From Antechinus flavipes (lineage: Eukaryota): 64,000 bases of DNA. The stretch is from positions 36,332,001 to 36,396,000 of the forward strand of contig NC_067403.1 in assembly GCF_016432865.1 (NCBI RefSeq). The letters are read 5' to 3'. Of this stretch, positions 1-10,469 are shown piece by piece; positions within the stretch are counted from its first letter, which is position 1, and each line of letters begins with the position of its first letter. The translations under genes and the position numbers were made by a program. The notes beneath the pieces were generated by a model. It was given only the letters and a program-made list of their open reading frames with translations. It made no database searches and had not been told where the DNA came from.

Positions 1-1659
1 TTCTATGGGCCATTTGGGAGATAGATGCTGCTGTCAGGATACAAGGGTAAAACAGAATGAGGATTCAATTCAATAAATATTAAATGTGTGTTATGGATTA
101 GGTAATCCTTTGTGGATACAAGACCAAAAATGCAAATTGCCCCTGCTCACAGGGTGCTATCATTCTTCATTTAGTAATAACAACAACAAAACTTTTCCTT
201 CCAATTTAACCAATGTTCTCATTGTCTTGGGTCTTTCCCTTAGGCTGCTCTCTTGCCTGAAATTCCCTTTCCTGTATCCTTTGTTCTTCAGATTGTATTC
301 TACTCTGATACTCTGATTGGTGTGTAGTGGACCAAAAGTCAGTGGAAGCAGTTTTTAGTTCTGGTTTTGCCACCAAGTAGCCGCCGGCCTCAGCTCCTAA
401 AATTTGGAGGAGTTGGATTAGATAATGTCTATGGTCCACAGCACGTAGCCCCAGCTTCTTGGTCTCCCTCTGGGACCCGAATATCTCCTGCTATTGCATA
501 GATTTGTGCTGTCTCTGGCCAGCTAGGCAGTGAGCCCTTTGAGAAGCAGGGCTCTGCTTTCTGTTTCTGCACCTGCCATGTAGTACAATGAGCTTGGTCA
601 GCCGCTTTTAGCTCTAAATCTATGATCTTAGAAACCAAAAATGTCACCAAGGGCCTGTGAGGAAACAATTCCCCGGCGCTGCAAAAAGGGGAAGTGGAAT
701 CTCGTTAGTAACTCCATGGCTTCACATTAGAGTGTATTTCTTGCTTTTATTTTCTTGAATTTCTTCCCTTTTCTATATCAGAGTCTCCTTGGAGGTAGTT
801 CGTGTCTGTCAACCTCTCTATCTCTTGTCTCTCACACACAGACAGAAGTGGTGCACCGTGAACTTAACTCGTGTAGAATGAAGTAAGAAAAACCAGAAAA
901 AAAAACAATACTATGCAGTGATTACAATGATATAAATGGAAACACTAGTGGGCAAACCGATTAATTCCTATGAATGATCTAGGTTGAAGCGAACAGAGAA
1001 AACCCATTTAGCTGACCTAGGAGTGGGGGATTGTGGAGGTGGAATACGGCATTTGTGGTCAGATGAGGTAGTTCTAGACATCAAGTGTCGTGTGAGGGAG
1101 GGATTCCACAGGGGTGGGTTAAGAATGGGAAAATGGCATTTGGAGCCAGTGGGCAGCAGGGCTCCTGACTCGGCCCAGCACACTAGCGAAAATAGTGACC
1201 TGGGGCACCTCCCAGTAGGTCCGGGATAGCTCTCTTCAACTTTCACTTTTGATTACTTTTATGTTGTTTCTGAATTGATATTCACGTCCCCTGAGAAGTA
1301 TCTGATTTGAACTCTGGGCGCTACATTTTGGGACAGACAATGAGAAAGGTGGCGCTGTCCAGTGCGAAGTGCTGACTTTCAGTCAGATTAGGCTAGTCAA
1401 ATCCTCGCCTGGCTCTTTCCTGCCTGGGAGACCTGAAGTAAGCACTTCTTCATTTCATCTACAAATCAAGGGGCTGACTGATCTGAGTGCTCTTCCACTT
1501 CTCAATCTGGGAGCCTGTCCAAGCTGCCCCTGCAGCATCCCTCTGACATCCCCTTTCACACAGAGTTCTTGACAATGACGTTGCCCCAGCAGAAGGACAG
1601 CCGATTTTTGTTAAACTCCCTGGAAAGGGTTATGAGTATGCTTGTGGCCAAAATCACAG

Positions 1660-2860
1660 AAGGTAGAAGCTGTAAGGAGCCTCACAAGCCATAAAGTCCA
1701 GATGATTCACAATAGGACTTTCCCTCCCAAAACTGTGTCCAACAAGCAGCTGCCCAGTTTCTATTTTGGAGTCCTCCAGAGAAGGCAAACCCACCACATC
1801 TGGGGGTGAATTATTCTACTTTTGAACAGTTCTCATTGTTAGGAAGTTTTTCCCCATGTTGAGTCTACACTGGACTCTTGGCAACTTCCTCACTGTTCCT
1901 AGTTCTCTTATCTAAGGCCAAACGTCCATAACTAATCTTTTTTCTTTATGTCTGTCCTTCCTGTCTGAAGACATTTAGCAAGTGCTCTCTGAGCCCCTTT
2001 GTTTTTCCCTGCAGGTTACACCTGAATCGTCCCTTTGAATGATCCTCAAGGCCTTTCAGCATGCTAGCTGCCCTCCTCTGGACATTTTCCAGCTTATCAG
2101 TGTCCTTCATAAATAAACTATGGAGCCAGAGCTGAACACAGGATTCTAAGGGAGATCTAACAAGAGCAGACTACAGTGGGATTATCATCTCCCTTTTCCT
2201 GGAAACTGCACTCCTCCTAATTTAGTCCCTGATTGAATTAACCTTTATGGCTGCCACGTCACACTGCTGATTCACACTGACCTTGTGATCCATTTAAACC
2301 CCAGATGCCTTTCACAACGACTGCTGTCTATTCATGACTCCCTCATCTTATATTTGAGAAGTTATTAAAAAAAAAAAACAGGTGCAATTATCCCCACTGA
2401 ATTTCGTTGTATTAGATTTAGCCCAAGGATCTTGTCATTCAATATGACCCCTTCCCTCTACTGCACTGTGATATCTGCAAATTTTATGAGCATACATTTA
2501 GGCCTTCAATTGAGTCACTAATAAAATGTTAGAGAACAGAGATAAGAACAGATCCCTGGGATACTCTACAAGAGACCTCTTGCCACACTAATACTGGATG
2601 ATTAATGATCTAATTGTATTGCTGTTTAATTCATATATCTCAATCTTCTCCAATTGAAGAATATGAGAATGTATTTTCCAAAGAATTGCTAAAATTAAAC
2701 TATCAATATAAAAATATCAAAATAAAACTATATCAATAGCATTCTTCTTATCTTACTAATTTAGTAAACCTGTCAAAAAGAGAAATTAGATTAGTTTGGC
2801 ATGAGTAATTCTTCATGAAGTATTGATGACTTTTGGTAATTAGTTCATCCCTTTTGAGAT
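1660..2860 (-). mobile_element. L3/CR1 LINE remnant (RT region and 3' end)
   Basis: Minus strand encodes degenerate SQGSVL (~2544-2561) and IKFAD (2473-2487) RT motifs; a CR1-type 3' region lies at ~1700-2250. Confidence 0.75.
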
Positions 2861-3009
2861 ATTGAGAAATAAGCCAACTTATTTCTGCCTTATGAGGACC
2901 AACTTAGCTAAAGAATAAAAGGAGTCCTCTTAAGTAAGGTAACTGCTACAACTCCTAAAATAAAGAAACATGCAAGCTGGCCTCAAGTCCTATACAATCC
3001 CTTTCTATT

Positions 3010-3790
3010 TATTATTTTTTCAATTAACAAGCCCTCTCTCCCACCCTATTTGAAAGAAAACCAAAACTCTTGCAATAGACTTAGTCAAGCAAAACAAATT
3101 CCCATACAGTCCATGTCCTAAAAAGATATGACTCATTCTGTTTCTTTAGTCCATCACTTCTCTGACAGTATTCCTGTCCTCTTGAATTGTTATTGTAATG
3201 GTCACAGAATTTGGTTTTCAAAACTGTTTGTCTTTATGTTACTTTACAAATTGTCCTCTTGGTTCCATACACCTCACTCTGCATCAATTATATAAGTCTT
3301 CCCAGGTTTCTCTGAGCTTATCCTATTCATCACTTCTTACTGCACAAAAGTACTCCATTATATTCATAAACAAATTATGAATTTGTTCAGCCATTCCCTA
3401 AGAGGTTGGTTCTACCTTATTTCTAGTTCTTTTCTATAACAGAGAAAGCTATTCAATATATTTATATATATAAATCCTTTCTTTCATTCTTTGATCTCAT
3501 TGGAAACACAGAATTAGGGGAGGAACAGTTTAATCATTTTTTTTTGGACAGCTCCAAATTACCTTCCTGAATGACTGAAGCAATTCGCAGCTCACCGATA
3601 ATGTATTAATGTTCCTGTTTTCCCACAGTTCCTCCAACATTTGTTATTCTCCATTTTTATTATCTTTGACAATCTGATGGATGTATGGAATGGAGTTTCA
3701 GAGTTGCTATAATTTTCATTTCGCTAGTCATTAATGATTTTTGGCCTTTGATAAAGCTACTGATATCTCCTGTTTTCTAGTAGGCAGAAA
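3010..3790 (-). mobile_element. Old L1 3' fragment
   Basis: Degenerate antisense L1 ORF2 C-terminus and 3'UTR pattern (ttgttcagccattccc...). Confidence 0.6.
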
Positions 3791-4235
3791 AGGAAGTAAA
3801 GGTGCTAAGAATACCAATAAGCATGATTTATTATGTTACACATGTGAAATATCTGTACAATGATCTATAAGTAGTTATTTTACTAGAAAAATGGAAATGT
3901 ATCAGTTGTTACATTTTCTATAAGTGACTTCTCACAGCTAAATGGAAGGATGACTCATAGGTTCTATTTAGAGAAGCAAATAATAAAAGGACTCTGTTTT
4001 ATCATGTGTCCAAAGACAATAAACATTTCATGTTTGGGCACCTTGTACTGCAGAATACATAATTATGTGCAAAAAGATCACTAAGAAAATAACAGCATTT
4101 CATGAGTCAACATTTATTTAAGCAGATGAGGAGTTGAATAAATTCTAGTTAATCTGTTAGTTCCTTGAAATTAAACTTCCAGGTCTAACACATATTTTAA
4201 TATTTGATGACTTAAAAAATTATTATTATTATTAA

Positions 4236-4372
4236 TTTTGCTGAGGCAATTGGGTTAAGTGACTTGCCCAAGGTCACACAGCCAGGTAGTGTTAATTCTG
4301 AAGGCAGATTTGAACTCAGGTCCTCCTGACTTCAGGATTGGTACTGTATCCACTGAGCCATCTAGCTGCCCC
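4236..4372 (-). mobile_element. WSINE1-type tRNA-derived CORE SINE
   Basis: Reverse complement begins GGGGCAGCTAGATGGCTCAGTGGATA, contains the B box GAGTTCAAAT and ends ...AACCCAATTGCCTCAGCAAAA. Confidence 0.85.
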
Positions 4373-4589
4373 TATTTGGTAATTTTTGTACAAAAATGAT
4401 CGCGAGATAGAGGGACTGGAAACTATAGTTTTGAGACTTAGAAAAATAAAGTCCCAATCTTCTATATTATGTAAAGTCTTCAAGCCTATAGATAACACTT
4501 TCATCTAGAAATCTAGATACCTAGATTTTGAAATAGCGTACAATTAGCCTGTGAAGGAAATCAAAAATGCAGGTGGACAAAAATAGGGG

Positions 4590-5040
4590 GATTGGGAATT
4601 CTAGGTAGTGGTTCATAGTCATCTCCCAGAGTTCTTTCGCTGGGTGTAGCTGGTTCAGTTCATTACTGCTCTATTGGAACTGATTTGGTTTATCTCATTG
4701 TTGAAGAGTGTCACATCCATCAGAATTGATCATCATATAGTATTGGTGTTGAAGTATATAATGATCTCCTGGTCCTGCTCATTTCACTCAGCATCAGTTC
4801 GTGTAAGTCTCTGCAAACCTCTTTGTATTCATTTTGCTGGTCACTTCTTATAGAACAATAATATTCCATAACATTCATATACCACAATTTATTCAGCCAT
4901 TCTCCAATTGATGAGCATCCATTCATTTTCCAGTTTCTGGCCACTACAAAGAGCTGCCACAAATCTTGCATATACAGGTCCCTTTCCCTTCTTTAAAATC
5001 TCTTTGGGATATAAACCCAGTAGTAACACTGCTGAATCAA
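4590..5040 (-). mobile_element. L1 ORF2 C-terminal fragment
   Basis: The 4720-4971 ORF (WKMNGCSSIGEWLNKLWYMNVMEYY...LHELMLSEMSRTRR) is the L1 ORF2 end. Confidence 0.85.
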
Positions 5041-5209
5041 ACAATTCTGTTTTTTTAAATAAGTATTTTCTTATTTTCTTCAGTTAGCTTTTGTATCTCC
5101 TTTTCTATTAGAGCAACTCTTCTCAAAGAAGTTGTTTTTTTCAATTTTTTTTTCAATTTGACCAACTATTTTTTGAGGAAATGTTTTCTTCAATTTTTAT
5201 CCTTCCTTT

Positions 5210-5400
5210 NNNNNNNNNNNNNNNNNNNNNNNNNNNNNNNNNNNNNNNNNNNNNNNNNNNNNNNNNNNNNNNNNNNNNNNNNNNNNNNNNNNNNNNNNNN
5301 NNNNNNNNNNNNNNNNNNNNNNNNNNNNNNNNNNNNNNNNNNNNNNNNNNNNNNNNNNNNNNNNNNNNNNNNNNNNNNNNNNNNNNNNNNNNNNNNNNNN
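5210..5400. other. Assembly gap (191 N)
   Basis: Run of n from 5210 to 5400. Confidence 1.
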
Positions 5401-7010
5401 CAACTCTGCTTTTTGCTTTCATTTTATGATAGAGTTCATCCCATTCACATTCACAATTATGATAACCAATTCTGTTTCCCTCCATGCTATTTTCTTCTCC
5501 ATATATAATTTTGTTCTCTCTTTCCACTGTGTTCTCTAAGTCATATGTTTTTTAAATCCATTCACCTTATCTTCTATCAACCCTTCTCTCCTTCTTTTAC
5601 CTTTCCCCCTAATGTTTCTGCCCTCCCTTCTATCCTGTCCCTTCCTTTTCTTTTCTTCTTTCTCCTCTTACTTCTTTATAGGATTAGATAAATTTCTATA
5701 CCCAAATAAATGAATAAGTTATTCCCTTTAGAGCCAAAACTGATGAGATCAAGCTTCAGATAATGCTCAACCCCCTGCCTTTTTATCCTGTATTGTAATA
5801 GGTCTTTTGTACCTCCTCATGTGAACTACTTTTCTCATTATACCTCCCCTTTCTCCTTTTTCCAATAAAGGCTTTTTTCTAAACTTAGATGTCTTCACAT
5901 CATAGTCCATTCACAAGCACATCCTCAGTCCATGTGATTTCCCCCTTTGTCTGCTCCAGTGACAGAAACAGGGTTTTTTATTTGTTTGTTTTGCTGAGAC
6001 AATTGGGGTTAAGTGATTTGCCCAGGGTCACACAGCTAGGAAGCCTTAAATGTCTAAGGTCAGTCAATCCTTCTGACTTCAGGGCTAGTGCTTTATCCAC
6101 TGCACCACCTACTTACCCCCAGGTACAGTTCTTAAGAGTAACAGAAATCCTTTTCCCATCTAAGGATGTAAACACTTTAACCTTTAAATACAAATTTTTC
6201 CCAATTACCATTCTAGGCCTCTTTGATTCCTGTGTTCATAGATTACATTTTCTATTTTGTTCTGATTTTTTCAGTAGTCTCTTATTCATTGAAACTTCAT
6301 CGCCACCTCATAAAGATGATGCTGAGTCTCACTGTTTAATTAATTCTTGGTCGTAACCCTTGGTTCTTTGCCTTCCCAGAATATGATATTCCAGGCCCTC
6401 TGATCCTTTCTTGTACAAGCTGCCAGATGCTAAATAATCCTGACTGTTAATTCTTGATATTTGAATTGTTTTTGTCTGACAGCATGAAGTATTTTTTCCT
6501 TTGAGATTGTAATTTTGGAGTTTCTCAACAATATTCCTTGGGGTTTTCCTTGTGGGATCTCTTTCCAAAGGTGATTGATAGATTCTTTCAATCAGTATTT
6601 CCCCTTCTGTTTCTAGACTATTGGGGCAATTTTCCTTAATGATCTCTTGTAGAATGTTACTCAGGTTCTTTTTTTGATCATGGCCTTCAGGTAGGCCAAT
6701 TATTTTTAAATTATTTCATCTGAATCTATTTTCCAGGTCAGCTGTTTTTCCAATGAAGTATTTCACATTTTTTTCCCTATTTTTTCCATTCTTTTTAGTT
6801 TGAGTGATTCTTGCTGTCTCACAAAGTCATTAGCTTCCATTTGCCCTTTTCTAGTTTTTAATGTGTGATTTTCTTCAGTTAGCTTTTGTATATCTTTTTC
6901 CACTTGGTTAACTGCACTGTTTAAGGCCTTGTTTTCTTCAGACAATTTTTTTTCATTCCTTTTCCAAGCTGTTGACTCTCTCTTGCATAACTCTCACTTC
7001 ATGATAGAAC
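5401..7010 (-). mobile_element. L1 remnant: ORF1, spacer and start of ORF2
   Basis: Minus strand at ~5420-5470 reads IIVNVNGMNSIIK (endonuclease start). The 6763-6945 ORF (VEKDIQKLTEENHTLK...QMEAND) is an ORF1 coiled coil. Interrupted by a SINE. Confidence 0.8.
5975..6120 (-). mobile_element. WSINE1-type SINE inserted in L1
   Basis: tttgctgagacaattggggttaagtgatttgcccagggtcacacagctagg...cacctacttacccc. Confidence 0.85.
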
Positions 7011-7121
7011 TCTGGTTTGGTCCAACTATTCTGAATATTAATTTGGAAATATGTAAGAAAAATGATTTTTAATATTTATACCTTTAGATATAACACATAT
7101 GGTCTTAAAAAAAACAAAGAC

Positions 7122-7855
7122 AACTATGCTCAAAAAGTTATCAAACTGTGCATACCCTTTGATCCAGCAGTGTTTCTACTGGGCTTATACCCCAAAGAGA
7201 TACTAAAGAAAGGAAAGGGACCTGTATGTGCAAGAATGTTTGTGGCAGCTCTGTTTGTAGTGGCTAGAAGCTGGAAAATGAAAGGATGTCCATCAATTGG
7301 AGAATGGTTGAGTAAATTGTGGTATATGAACGTTATGGAATATTATTGTTCTGTAAGGAACGACCAGCAGGATGAATACAGAGAGGACTGGAGAGACTTA
7401 CATGAACTGATGCTGAGTGAAATGAGCAGAACCAGGAGATCATTATATACCTCAACAATGATACTGTTTGAGGATGTATTCTGATGGAAGTGGACCTCTT
7501 CGATAAAGAGAGCCTTAATTGATCAAAGATGGACAGAAGCAGCTACACCCAGAGAAAGAACACTGGGAAATGAATATAAACTGCTTGCATTTTTGTTTTT
7601 CCTCCCGGGTTATTTATACCTTCTGAATCCAATTCTCCCTGTGCAACAAGAAAACTGTTTGGTTCTGCACACATATATTGTATCTAGGATATACTGCAAC
7701 CCATTCAACATGTAAAGGACTCTTGCCATCTCGGGGAAGGGGTGGAGGGAGGGAGGGGTAAAATCAGAACAGAAATGAATGCAAGGGATAATGCTGTAAA
7801 AATTACCCTGGCATGCGTTCTATCAATAAAAAATTATAAAAACAAAACAAAACAA
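7122..7855 (+). mobile_element. Young 5'-truncated L1 (ORF2 end, 3'UTR, A-tail) with TSD
   Basis: ORF NYAQKVIKLCIPFDPAVFLLGLYPKE...EDVF*, G-rich 3'UTR, AATAAA and A-rich tail. TSD AAAAAAAACAAAGAC at 7107-7121 and 7856-7870, preceded by TT|AAAA. Confidence 0.92.
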
Positions 7856-9729
7856 AAAAAAAACAAAGACAAAAACAAAGCTAGAATATACATGAAAATA
7901 TTTCTAGCAGCATTATTGTAGCAAAGAAGTGAAAATAAAGTGAATACGCATCAATCAATTGAAGGATGGTTGGAAAAAACTGTGGCATATTAATAACATA
8001 TTATTTTATAGTCAGAAATAATAAACATATAGAATTCAGAGAAACAAGTAAAGATATGTATAAACTAATTTTAGAACTATAAGGAACCATAAAGTTCATC
8101 TAGTTCAATTTCTTCATGTAATAGATGAGGAAACTGAGGCCTTAGGGGCTTGCAGTGACTTGCAGCACTAAGCATCAGGGCCAGCTCTCTGATCCCAAGG
8201 TCCAGACTTGTTTCATTGGACCAGATAGACTTCTTATGAACCAGAAGGATGCAGAGTTCTAAAACCAGACCTCTCTTCTTTCTTTCAGTCTCAGACTTGC
8301 TGTTTACCCTGCATGGGGAGAAGATTCATCCCTTTGCAATCCTTCACCTGTCAGATGGGAACATGATCAAGTGCTGAAACAGACAGAAGCCTAGAAAGGC
8401 TTTACATGGATCTACAGTCTGGGGTTAGCTGTCTCGTCAAAAGACTTTTTGTTTATCTTTGGATTTATATGCACATAGCTTATAAGGTCCAGAGATATTT
8501 AAAAATCTCTACTCTGTTTTCATGGTTCTATAATAAATAAAATATATTGAGACTTTTATGTTTCCATAAATTCTTGACATAATTAACATCACTTTATGAC
8601 CTTTATTCCATTTCACCAATTTTGCCACAAAATGAAGGGGAATTAATGTATCAGAATGGTATTTTAACTTTAGGGTTCTTTTGATCTTTTAATGTTCAAT
8701 TTTTTGCCTAGTTGACAATGGGTGACATTTGAAACATTCCTTTGGTTTGAAATAAACCCAGCCGAATTGTTCCTAGATACTCTAGATTGAATAGCTAACT
8801 GCAAGGCCTTTTTAACTTCCAAATATGCTGCATTAACAAATATAGATAAATGCTTCCTTTTGAGTATGATTTATGCTAACTCTCAAAAGCAGGCAGCAGC
8901 AGCAACTGGCTCATCCTAATCCTTTTTAATTTGCGTGAAATACACATTGGAAATTTCCCCCTTTCATCCCAAACCCAGAAGCTCTAAGAGCTCAGCTTTT
9001 AAAAATGTAATTCATTAGTTTGAAAATAGGAAGTGGCAGGAGGTAATTGATCTCAATCTCAATTTGTTCATGAAGAAGACAGCTTTTATTTCTTGGGCCA
9101 TTGCTAGCCATTGCTAATTAAGAACATATATTTTTTGAAGTTTTTTTTTTATTTCCTTCATTTGAGCACTAAGAATGATTTAAAAAATTTTAAACACCTA
9201 AGAAATCTCAGTTTTAAACAGTATTTTCCAATAATATGGCCAAGCATGATAATACATGTGGTTAGTTTTTTTTTTCCCTCTGTTTTTCTCTCTCCCACTC
9301 CATTTCCCCCTTTTTTTCTCCTTTCCTCCCTCCCCCCTAAAAACCCAACTCCTACTAAGACTTTAATTTTGTTAAAATATTTGGAATGCAGCTGGGACTA
9401 AAGCAGTTCAGCTAGGTGCAAAAACACACAGTTATTTAATATTCAATCCACAGTCTAGACAGAATCACATTAGGTCATTTGAAAAAAAAAAGAGCTGCTG
9501 AGACTGCTTTATGTAGCATGATTGGTAAAGTCCTGCTGTGGAGTCACATACTATATAAAAAACATTTGGCATCTACCACCAAAGCAGTAATTTGGTTTTT
9601 GGTAAATTGTAAAAATGGTTTTCAACTGAGACAAAATTTATACTTCGGCATGAATTATTCTTTAGTGTGGAAGGAGGAGAGTTGTTCTGTTTACATAGCT
9701 GTTTTATTATTGTACTGTTTTAAAGTTGA

Positions 9730-10460
9730 AAATTTAATTGCAATAGTCTATACTCTGTACTTACAATTCCTCACTACCCATTCATTTCAGGAACTCATGC
9801 AATCTGGATTACATCCCTATTCATACTGTCAAAGATATCAACAATCACCTATTAATCACTAAAAGAAAAGATTTATTCTTCAGGACTCATGGGAGACATA
9901 TCTCCCCACCCAGATCCCACCTGATCATCTCTACTATCCTTGTGGATAATTTCTTCTTCCTTGGTTTCTCAGATTACTTTCCAACTTAACTACCTTCTTT
10001 GCCACCTTTGTTGGCCTATCTTATTTCGGTCCTTCTCCCTTAATATCAACATTCCTTAAACTCTGTCTTCTATCATGCTCTTGCCTAATTCCACAGTTTA
10101 CATTATTACCTCCATGCTGGTGACTTTCAAAGTCATACTTCTATCTATGAGCTCCCAAACTGCATTTCCAACTACCAACTCTGGAGTTTCAAGAGGATGT
10201 AGCCTTGGCACCTCATGTTTAATTTATCTTTGCCTTATCTTTTCCATAAATCTTCTTGTTCTTCTCTTAATAAAAGCATCCCTGCAATCTCAACATCACG
10301 GAGTTCTTCCTCTTCTTTACCCTTTATATCCAACCAGATGCCAAATATTATTGGTGCTATAGCTTCACTATTTCTTCACACAATCTATTGCTATTACCTT
10401 CATCTAGACTCTCATTGCTAGCCTCAATTATTGAAATAGCCTGCTACTCTTTTTCTTCAA
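9730..10460 (+). mobile_element. L2 LINE remnant
   Basis: Pyrimidine-rich degenerate L2 ORF2/3' pattern. Confidence 0.55.
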
Positions 10461-10469
10461 TTACAATTC

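Noticed and set aside
1-1600. 3' exons of the upstream syntenic gene (SLAIN2 in human)
   Set aside because: No recognisable coding exon or peptide was found in this stretch.
5153-5527. ORFs spanning the N run
   Set aside because: They are artefacts of translating the gap as X.
4720-7484. ORFs at 4720-4971, 6763-6945 and 7062-7484 (also 20749-21255 and 52763-53245) as host genes
   Set aside because: They are L1 ORF1/ORF2 fragments inside truncated elements; no full-length intact L1 is present.
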